Shown: piece after piece, positions 1-10,047 of the stretch
How the letters are laid out: the number at the start of each line of letters is the position of its first letter
Position numbering within the stretch: position 1 is the first letter of the stretch
Assembly (NCBI RefSeq): GCF_003704095.1
Contig: NW_020843837.1
Coordinates: 434,001 to 498,000, forward strand
Direction of reading: 5' to 3'
From: Pocillopora damicornis
Lineage: Eukaryota
DNA length: 64,000 nt
The notes under the pieces: generated by a model
Database searches by the model: none
Seen by the model: the letters and a program-made list of their open reading frames with translations, nothing else
Told to the model about the DNA's origin: nothing
Made by a program: the position numbers and the translations under genes

Positions 1-123
1 GCTATAATGCACAACTCTGATAGAGGTATTTTTCTCTACGATGTTTATCAGTGAAAGCAGGTGCAGTGCCCTCTGTGTTATAATATGACTACAATTGTGT
101 GATATAACGTTCATTAGCATCAC

Positions 124-3100
124 CTGGTCTGATTCAGACATCTTAGTAGTAAGTTGAAACATGGTATCTCCAACTGACTTCACAAATCGTTTCAGACCAC
201 CTCCACTGAGCGCTGCAGTGTCTTTAGCTCTGGGTAACTTTGTAGAAAGAGAAACAATTTTCATCAGTGTCACTCAACAAAAGTTTAGTTAAGGTGAAGT
301 CATTAACACAAAAAAACTCAAGGAGCATACAGAGTACATCCACAAAGCACTTAAAAGAATTGCCAGGCTTAAAGAACTATTCAAGAATAGGACATCATAC
401 ATACCACATCAGCTTCCAAAAATTGTCGGAAATCTGGATCTTCACGTAAGGTTGGATGTCGGGCAACTCTGTTAAGATACCTGGAGAGGAAACATCAATG
501 GATAGTAAAATTAAGTGAAAGATAGAGTGCAAATTATTTTAGTCACAAAAGCTTAAAACAAAGAATTGCTTCCACATTAACCCTTAGAACCCTAAAAGTT
601 GTTAGCCTCTATCTTCTCCTTACAATATCACCCCTGAATCACATATTAAGACCAAGAGAAATGGAAAAGCTCATCAACTTAAAAGGCTCTTGATTTTTAG
701 ACAAAGTATCTTTATCAGCACCTTAGGAAATGTACAGAGAACAGTATACTAAGAGAATCTGCATACTGATGTTAGGGTCTACAAGATAAATTCAAAGTAG
801 TCATAGCTGGATAGAATACAACAGTTGATACAAGTAGTTTGAAGAATGAATACCACAACTGAAAAAGGAAAATTAACACTAAAATAGAAAGAAAATAAAA
901 GAAAAGTATATAAATGGGTAAATGAGACATGCAGCTCATGCGTTAACAGCAGCAGTTTAACAAAGCTGGATTGCAACTTTTAGATCTGTATCACAGGCAA
1001 TTTTCACAAGTAATTTACCTCTCTAAGGCAGCTCTCCTCTTGGAAATAAAGTCAACTGGGGTGCTTTCCTCTCCTTTTCCAAGCTTGACCCTGGTCATGC
1101 CTGAAAATAAAATAAATAAATACATCTTAAACTTGTACTTAATCTATAACAAAAGACTATTTTCTCTTGAGCATTGATAAACCATGAAGTTTGTGTAGAA
1201 ATTAATGGCAAACAGGCAATTTTTTCACAAAGTTTCAGTGATTACTCACCAACAACAGACTTCTCAGGAGCTGGGGGCACAATCTTTCCAAGGTGAAGAA
1301 ATTTGCTATTTAATCGATCATGGAGTCCTAGAAAATCACTAAATCGACGCTTCACAGATGTCTCTGAATTCTTGAATGTCGGCATACTTGTCTATGGTAA
1401 AGTAAGGTCATAAGTTTAAATTTCAAATTTGCATTCATCAAAAATCAAAGCTGCCGTTGGATTTTTTCTATAGCTGTTATCTACCTTGAAATGGTCTCTT
1501 TCTAAAGGCAGTAAAATAAGTGTGACAAGAGTGATAAACACATTCATGTACAATATCTTAAGAAAATAGGCAAGTGTCAAGACGTTCTTTAAATCGGCTA
1601 CAGTCAGTTACTTTTAAAAAGAAGACTAGGGTTGTTGTTAAGTGCAGGCTGCTGGCAAAATTTGTAGGATGAAAAATCTGGCAGGATTTTTTCCCAGTCC
1701 AGCCATCACTTACTAATGCACAATGGCATTCTGAGGTTACACACTTATAATTGTTCAATGTCTAACACAAAGTTTAAGCCTGCACCCTAATTTCTAACCT
1801 ACAACCCTGCAACAAGGTAAAGAATCTCTGATCAGACCTTTGGAAGTAATGAGTGAACAGATCTATATAAATGAAAAAACACAACAGTGCAAGTCAAACA
1901 GCAAAAAGGTCATATAATTTTTAACTTACCATTGTTGTCACTTTGAAAACCATATAAGAACCCATGCCATCACCTGCAAAAGTAACATTAAATAGAGGTG
2001 TGATATGCTTGCCCCTTTACCTCCCATGAGTTAGTTACCAGTCCAGTTACGAGGATAAATAAATATAGAAATTAAGGAATTATTTGTTGATAAAAATGGT
2101 TTGGTAGCCAGTAAGGAGAATTACTAATGAGATGTTGCAAGTTAAAAGGTTAAATTGATGAAAAAGAACTTTTAGAAATATCAACCTGTAGATCTTCAAT
2201 GGCAGACCTCATTATCACAAGAGGAGTTCTTACAAAAAGTTAAGGATAATAGTGTACAAACAGGTAGCTCCTCTTGAAATAAGTCCTTTTCTTTCATATA
2301 CCTCTCCTCAAAAGTGGCCATTGAAATAAAGCCTGCTGACTCTAGTTTACTTTTCAGCACATTGTACTGTGGTTTTTCAAACTTTTTTTTTTAAAGGAAG
2401 TAAAAAGAATTTAGGGTCACATTTACATGGGATTTGCACTTAATGTACTCAATAACGACTGAATTGCTGCAGTTCAAAATTCTTGGGTAAAAAGTGAAGA
2501 ACATATTTCACAAACCAGAGCTGCTGATAGTGCTGACTAAAAAACTCCAAACAAAAGAAATGTTGAGAAAACACACCGATCTTTTCAGGATCTGTCACTT
2601 TAATATTCATGTCAAAGGTGTCATCCTCCTCGTCTTCTTCAACTTCCTTTTCCTGCAAGGAAAATCAGCATCTCTTGGAAGAAAAATCGTAAATGTTTTC
2701 CACTTAAGGTAGAATAAACATCTAATTATTATAGGGTAAACCAGCAACAACTCATTAACAACTTATCCATATATATTTACGCATTTATAATAATACAAAG
2801 ATACACTTTTGTTTTAAATTCAGTCCTAGACTTTGAGATGATATAATGCGTGAATCGATCAATTAACCGAAAGTAAACTGAGTTGGGTCTAGCTATCTGC
2901 CAATTAGACAATTAAAAATGGGAGGGATTGAGAGTAGTCATTCTGAAAATAGATTCAGATAGAGCCCAATAATATAATATCTTCGGTATCTACAACCTCA
3001 GGTTTTTCTGTCGGAGCTGGTTCGCTGTCATCCTCGCTCGGTTTCGAGAGGTTGGTGACATCCACGGAAGCCGCCGCAGAAGTTTCGGACTTTTCCTCGC

Positions 3101-3296
3101 TCCCGCCTGCAGCAAGATCGGACGAACCCTTGTCACTCTCCTCAGGAACAGTGTCTGCCTTGGCTTCCTCGTCATCTAGAGTAATTTCCGTGGTCTCTCC
3201 AATAAAGGGATTACCGTTAACTTGCTCGTCCGGGTTGGTCTCTGGCGTCTCAGCTTCATCGTCGAAAAGGGCAGGAGGTTCACGATCATCCGCCAT
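124..3296 (-). CDS. SNX2: Sorting nexin 1/2 (PX-BAR), 5' part; gene continues beyond the left edge
   Basis: GT-AG exons in consistent phase: 3296-2997, 2652-2577, 1973-1930, 1391-1250, 1100-1019, 480-405, 237-124. N-terminus MADDREPPALF; PX motifs VTDPEKIGDGMGSY, VKRRFSDFLGLH, IVPPAPEKS, KRRAALERYL; then DTAALSGGGL as in SNX1/2. Confidence 0.93.
581..778 (+). mobile_element. TTAA-targeting (piggyBac-type) MITE
   Basis: TTAA|CCC start; internal CTCCTTACAATATCACCCCTGAATCA...GCATACTGATGTTAGGGT shared with many copies in the window. Confidence 0.75.
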
Positions 3297-5087
3297 TTTA
3301 ATTTTCTGGGCAGTCACGTGGGGATTGCCTCGACTTAGGGGAGAGGTGTGTCTAAGGTTGTTCAAGGTGTGCTTTGTAATTTCACTTTTTTCTTTTTTCT
3401 CTCGTTTTTTTTCCCCTTCATTTGCCTCCCCTCTTCCATTCTGTCCATTGTATTCTGTTTAACTGAATTCATTCCTCTTATCTGATGCATTCACTATTGA
3501 TATTTATTTGCCAGTTTGGATAGAATGTTTAAAACAGAATTGACAGCTTCTCTGTTGGTCGCGCATCGCCTTTCACCTTCAGTGGCTCGCTCGACATTTA
3601 AAATTTACAGAGGAACTGGTCTTTCATCTTACCAGTCAATATGTCAAGGTTTTTTTAATCAAGATTTCAATTTTAAAAAAAAAATTTCGTCGACAATGAT
3701 CTACATGTCCTAAAATGACATAACCGTTATGTGAAATCCGACGACTGATTCAAACTACAGGAACTTGAACTTTTCTGATCAAACAATCGCGTAGATGAAT
3801 GGAGAACTTTCAAGCTTACCTTCCAGCCTGTGTTTGTTATTTCATTTCCAAATCTGCCCTCTCCCAGAAAGTGAAATTATCTCACACAGTCATATACGAT
3901 CACTATTCATTTATAAACGGACTGATTAAAAACATCAGTAACTACTTAACACTAATTAAAATACTGTTCGATAATAACGTATTTTCAAGATCAAATATAT
4001 TGAAAGCGAGCATTTACCGACAAGGTGAATAATTCGTTTAACAATAACATAGAGGGTGAAACATGTTTCTCTTATTTCATTTTTTTGAATTTCGAAGTTA
4101 ATTGCAGCTTTGTACTTCATATTCGTTTATTCGGTTAGGCTAAACCCTAGAATTCTTCTAAAATATCTGGTTTCCTCGGGTCAGTCAGCCAGGTGTTCGC
4201 TACTAGATAATTTTTTTACGAACCCAAACCTTTCGGATGTGATATACCCCATAATCAAGAGAAAGGTAATATTCTAAAATACCAGGACAGAGAATCCATC
4301 CCATAATTTCCTTTGCTGTAATACATGGGCAAAAACGATTTCTCGTCAAAATAAAGTCCATATTATCTGTAATCTTGTTTATCACACCGTGCCAGCAGCT
4401 TCATTTTTGTTTCTTTGTTTGTTTCTTTCCAAAAACACTTTGGGTAGTTTAGTAGAAACTACATTTTAGGGGCAGGGGGACCACATCAATTTATTTTCTC
4501 GAACTTCCGCCGTAAAAACTCTGGGGTATTCCTCAGAACTATTGAAACCTTCTACACGGATACGATCTGCAATGGTATCTTGATATAAGCAAAGGCTGTA
4601 GTCACTCAGGTGGTAAACAACATCTCCAGACTGACAATATAAGAACATTTTAATCTAATGGAGAGGGAGTGTTGACTCAGCAGACCACAGGTATTTATTG
4701 CGGTCAGAAGCATTATAATGAATTATACACGGTTTACATAAAATAATATATATATTTTTATTTTCAAAAATCATGATGCCTTTAATATATGCTTTGTATA
4801 AATTTGAAAGATAATATAAATGGTCCATATCGAATTTCTATATACATCATTTATACTCTAACTTGCTTTCCACCTAGAACTCGTCTATGAATAGCATCGA
4901 ATATCTTCAATAAATCAGGGTAAGTCAAAACAATTATTTCAGTCGACAGGTGCAACACATAAGCTCTTTTATATTTGCGGAAAGTCAGTGGAAGTAAAAA
5001 CTAAAAGATCTATTCTTTGGTCATTAAAAAAAATTGTGGATGAATATTAAGGACAATTGAAGAGACCTTATTGATACCCCATGGTAA

Positions 5088-5890
5088 TCAAAATAACGAG
5101 TCGGAAAGGTTATCATAATCGACAGAGCTTTCCAATTCGCTCTGGTTTGAGTCCTCAAAACGAGACCGCAGTCTAATGGTCGCATTGTTTATTACGTCTT
5201 GTCGAATTTTCCAATACGGTGGACACGAGCTGCCGTAGATTTCCACTTGAGTATGTCCTTCGGGAATAACAAGACCCAAAGCGAAGTATTCATCCAGAAA
5301 GCTTGCATGCTCGAGATAATAGCGAAATAGCACTTGCGCCGTTTCCGCGTGCGAAATGACAAAGAAAAAAAGCTTAACAATTGTGTCATCGTCTTCATTT
5401 ACCATTACCGGCTTAAATATTGCCCTCCTGTCAGAAGGAAAGGTCCCATTTGAGTGATCTCTCTTCCAAATGCGTTTATTCTTGCAGCTTCGAAGAATTT
5501 GTCTCCAAGAACATTTCTCAGTCGCATAATTTCCTTGACAACTCTTTCCGCGTCGTGTTGTTTAGGATCTATTGTCATACGACTCATTTCAATTGTAGCT
5601 GCATCTAAAACGCTGATGACTTTTAATCGGTAGTTTTCAAGTTCTGTTCTGGATGTACATCGGCGAATTTTCTGTCTCAAACCTTGAGCATGCTCAAGTT
5701 TTAGTAAAAGGGTTTCCAGTTTCGGATCGGTGTCGACGTCAATTTCCCGGCCACGATCTGTTGACGTGGCATGATCATCCTGTATATAGCCTTTTGGTCT
5801 CGAACTTTCGTTCAGTAATGGAGTGATATCGAGATCTAGATCTTCATCTGCGGACCACTGGTGGCATTCTTTGGTAGGAAAGCAACCCAT
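5088..5890 (-). pseudogene. Uncharacterised family paralog 1 (MGCFPTKEC...CPPYWKIRQDV), split by a 1-nt frameshift; pseudogene or assembly error
   Basis: ORFs 5405-5947 and 5088-5405 overlap at TAATG. Adding one A at 5413-5414 gives GQYLKPVMVNED, matching GQYLKP of paralog 3, and a ~267-aa protein from ATG 5890. Confidence 0.75.
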
Positions 5891-7371
5891 CTCTTCATTT
5901 GTAGACCTGTGATTTTCAGTTTTCAGAAGTAGAAAGCACCTTATCAAAACTCATTCGCCAATCCCAGTGTCACGTTTGGTTCTATGACGTTGTAACAAAC
6001 ACAAGGAAGCTTGATGTGACCTGATGCGTAAAATTAATGTGGGAAAGAAAATGCAAATATGCGCCTGAACAACTGAAACGAAAATACAATAGCGCAAAAT
6101 CCCAAGAGCTTTCATTTCCTATTGAAACAGTTTAATCGTTGATGTAAATAAACAGCAAAAGAGTAACTGCATATCACCCGTGCGTAAGAGCTAGATCAGT
6201 AATGATGTGTTAAAAAGTCAAAACTTTTGCAAATGCAATATACTATAAGTATTTACTCAATAGAACTCACGGTAAAGCTTTAAGAACTTTATCTACGAGT
6301 TATGAAAACCTTTATTTACAAAGTGGAGCACAGGAACAATGTTAAAGAGTCTAAACGCTGCATACATAACAATCCTTAATATTATGTGGGAAAAGTGACG
6401 TTTCAAATCATTTGGGCAACACACGCGGTTCTTCCACACCAAAGCAACTTTGACGTCAACTGATGTGAATAACGCGAACGTTTGTCTTTTAAAAATGTTT
6501 TGCTTTTCAGGCTATATCGGTTTAATTAATTTTGCTTGTTACGTCACGAAACAAGCTTAAAAATTCCGAAGCGAATGTTTTGAATGATTTGCTTTCGACC
6601 ATCACAGGTTTCGTTAAAATTAAAACTTTTCACACAAAAATATTGTAAATATAGTTAACTGAAACCTATCAAGTCCCAAAATTTCGAGATTGATTGTCTC
6701 GTTTGTGAGTAGGAAAGTAAGTGAGTTTGACCATTCGCTTGCAAAAATTACAGGGGGGGAGGGGGGGGGCGGAGGAGAAGAGCGGATGGAGCCCTACTCA
6801 CGAGTTAGCACTGGCAATGATAAAAAAAAGTAAAAAACAATAATGAAAACAAGTTAGAAATAAGGTAAAGGAATGAAAAAGCCAAATTCAACTCCTGCGA
6901 AGATTTCTCACTCTTACTAGTATTCACAATTGTAGGCGTCTGGTGCTCTTGCAAGATTGAGATTGAAATCTTTTACTGAATTCTGAAGAGCCTTGCGAAA
7001 GAATGGAATGGAGACTTTTCCTGTTTTTGGCACAGAAAAGATGGATTTGAACGCGTAAAAACAACTTCCACATCAAATTTGGACCAGAACTGACGAAGAT
7101 AAGAGGAATCGTGTGACGGTTTCAATGAGGCTCTAAGCTACTGTTCACAAAAATTAGCCTGGAAGCTTATTTTCCATACAGTAACTTAAACTACCATATC
7201 AGTATAATTTTACTAAAGGCAATGGTTGCTATATTAGAGGAAAGGTTTGAGCAGGTACCAGAGAACATGAATTGACGGAATAGAAAGGCTGTTAACTTTT
7301 TTTTCTTAATGGCACGCACTGATTCCGACAAACAGATTATGATTTGCCTGCAAATCTGCCTCGCTCTCAAC

Positions 7372-7507
7372 GTGTGGTTTCGTAGCTCAGTTGGTAGTGG
7401 AGCCCAACTAGTATCTGTGAGATTCGAATCCCGTCGAAGCCTGAATTTTTCAGACACCTTTTCTGCAATTGCTTAAATTGCAGTTCACCTGAGAGAATAT
7501 TTTTCTT
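7372..7507 (+). mobile_element. tRNA-derived SINE
   Basis: A box TAGCTCAGTTGG (7383-7394), B box GATTCGAATCC, then a tail shared with the copy at 28.5 kb; no closing acceptor stem. Confidence 0.75.
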
Positions 7508-8169
7508 TACTAAACTCTAAACTCTTGGTATAATTATTTTTCTGAGCCGTAGGGGTTCTTTTTTTTGTTTCGTTTTGTGTTTCCTTTTGAGTTCGTTTTG
7601 CTTTGTTTATGTATTTCGCCTTTCTTCCGCCAAACTCACAGTAACGAATGATGAACTCACGGAACCTTATCATAAATATTTACACAAATCGTATTGCACT
7701 GCTTGATATCAATTCAAGTGACACTCTAGTTCTTCAAACCAAATTCAAAACTGCAGTTCGGGATGAAAAATCATTACTACCGAGAAAGGGATAAATATGC
7801 TATGTGTCATAAGGCGGGCTGAAAGTACGAGAATGTGAATTATTCCTACCGTTGTAACATTTTTGTTTTTCTGTGTAAGATTTTCATCTTGAAGTGAATG
7901 TAGTTAGAAGAATTGAGTACATGTATTGATAAATATTTTCCTTCAAACGGGAGGAGTACAGGTCGATCACTTAAAGTGTTATGTACTTTTTCGCCTTAAG
8001 CATCAAAATCATTAAGGTATTGGGGATAAAAATAATCAACATCAAACTAAATCAATATACTTTAATGCTGGAAAAGATATGATGCGGGAACAAATTGAAA
8101 AATATAATCAGATTAGCTACCTCGGGATTTTTCCATAGTCTTGGAGCATCACATACTCATTTTTTTTTC

Positions 8170-8533
8170 TGAGCGAACGAAGTTTACTCCAAAGTAATCA
8201 AAGTCAAAAATGAACGCAGCACTCGTATTTGTCTAATCTGGGCGATAATATCAGCATCTAATGAGCTAAGTAAAGTATTGAATACTTTGCGAATTCTGAA
8301 AGGTATTTGGAATTGTCAACCATAAGGAAATTGTTCAAATAACATGCATTTGAGGGAACGAAGTTTACTCCAAAGTAATGATGTCAAAAATGAACGCAAC
8401 ACTATTATTTTTGTCTAATTGAGGTGATAATTTTAACATCTAATCAACTAAGTAAAGAATTGAATAAATTCTTAATTCAGAAAGGTATTTGGAATTGTCA
8501 ACTATTAGGAAATTGTTCAGAAAACATGCATTT
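8170..8533 (+). repeat. Tandem dimer of a ~182-bp unit
   Basis: GAACGAAGTTTACTCCAAAGTAAT...GAAAGGTATTTGGAATTGTCAAC...AACATGCATTT occurs twice back to back. Confidence 0.9.
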
Positions 8534-9240
8534 CTGCTATTAAATCACTTGATTTGTACATCGACACATTTGCAATTTAATCACCTACACTGATAGTAAA
8601 CATCAAAGTTCTACATTTCTTTTTTTATAATGGCCAAGAAAATAAGTCAAACGTAGTTATTTCAGTGAAAAATAACAAACAATAAAAAAGACAGAAATAC
8701 AAAAGTTATTCGATAATGTTTATCACGACGGAATACTGGACATCGTAAAAGCTCTTTTACGATATTTTTTGATATAATCTCAATTTATTTGGTAACTGAG
8801 TGAGGACGTTTCTTTATTGCTGCCAGCACTAGTAAAAAATATTTGGTTGCCTTGAAATGCTTAACTTTCAAATGATATTTACTGGTTTATTTAGCAGAAG
8901 GAATATTCTAAGAAAGCATACATTCAACTTGTATGCAGGTCTATCCGCATTTCATTTGCTTTCGGCTGAAATGTTTTTCTTTAGTCTAAAGTTTCCATGG
9001 CAATGAAGCGGTTCAATTAGCGCTGCTTTTTCAGCACGCTTTGGGGCGGCACCAATTAAACAAATTTACAAAGTTATAATTTCACGGTGTGAATTTTGAA
9101 GGACTTAAGATGATTTACATCATTTCCACTTGAAAGGGATGTCTTAGTTTAGTGTTAACTGTGAATAATGAATCTAACTTTTGATTTGAAGATATGATGT
9201 GGATTTTTGAATGATAATAATAAAAAGATAAGATATTTGA

Positions 9241-10047
9241 TTTGTCGCCCAGTGTCTTCCGTGTTGGCAGATAGTGCTATCGTCATTTTCCTTGAATTTT
9301 CAACGCGCTTTGGTCACCGAAGACAAATTTGTACCTTCCCATTATGCAAACTCATCGAAGCAATTTCGGGACGACAACTCGAGACTTGACGGAAGAGCAC
9401 GAAAAAGTCGGGAAGCCAATTTTCAAACCACACAACTCACAAATGTTTGCATCGAGGACAACACGCTTCGAGATCTAACCTCAAAATTGGAGAAAGCGCT
9501 TTGCTGGACGAGTAAACACGACGTGTGTTGGAGTGTCGAGTTTTCGGAGTCAGTAAATGAATTATTTGTTGACGCATGTCGATGCATGAGCGATCTTGCC
9601 GAAAGTGAAGACTACGGGAAAGCTGATGAAATCGTAAAAATGATTCTGCGGTTGAGAACTGCTTGGGGAAACGAAGCATTTGAATATCTCAACATAAAGT
9701 CTTTTCCTCGCGAAAGAATCGAGACGAAAAATGCTGTCATTCTCGCTGGGCAGTACTTTACGCCAGAGCGATTTTATGAGGATGATGATCGGCTGTTTAG
9801 ACTATATTACTTCGAAGTAAGGGAAGCAGAAACTAATGAATTCATGTTTACGTATTACTTAGAATGTAGTAATATCTTGCAGAAATTTCATGTCCTCTGC
9901 TTGTCGTGTTCTGGTGGACATTTGCAAATAACGAAATACGGAAAAAATTGCCCGTGTTATTGGTCTGTTCGAGAGGACATGCTGAGGGATTTTCAATATA
10001 AAGAAGATAGCGCTCTCGTCTCGCATAGTGAGGTACTTAAAAACTGA
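9241..10047 (+). CDS. Uncharacterised family paralog 2 (...CPCYWSVREDM); start codon unresolved
   Basis: Open frame from 9241 to TGA at 10047 aligns with paralogs 1 and 3 over ~180 aa (FPRE, GQYF, YYLE, GHLQ, YGKNCPCYW). No in-frame ATG upstream of the homologous region. Confidence 0.75.
   Translation, partial: FVAQCLPCWQIVLSSFSLNFQRALVTEDKFVPSHYANSSKQFRDDNSRLDGRARKSREANFQTTQLTNVCIEDNTLRDLTSKLEKALCWTSKHDVCWSVEFSESVNELFVDACRCMSDLAESEDYGKADEIVKMILRLRTAWGNEAFEYLNIKSFPRERIETKNAVILAGQYFTPERFYEDDDRLFRLYYFEVREAETNEFMFTYYLECSNILQKFHVLCLSCSGGHLQITKYGKNCPCYWSVREDMLRDFQYKEDSALVSHSEVLKN

Noticed and set aside
3052-3462. 136-aa plus-strand ORF
   Set aside because: Antisense shadow of SNX2 exon 1; the same applies to antisense ORFs over the GPCR, SHLD2 and paralog 3.
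4203-4648. Possible fourth degenerate paralog next to paralog 1
   Set aside because: The short ORFs lack the GQY, YxLE and CPxYW motifs.
6981-7003. Minimal hammerhead-like CTGAAGA-GC-CTT-GC-GAAA
   Set aside because: Could not form stems I and III with a valid NUH cleavage site.
7372-7445. tRNA gene
   Set aside because: A and B boxes are present but there is no complete cloverleaf, and the 3' tail is shared with the 28.5 kb copy, so it is a SINE.
8170-8533. CRISPR-like array
   Set aside because: Only two long units with no spacers, in a eukaryotic context.
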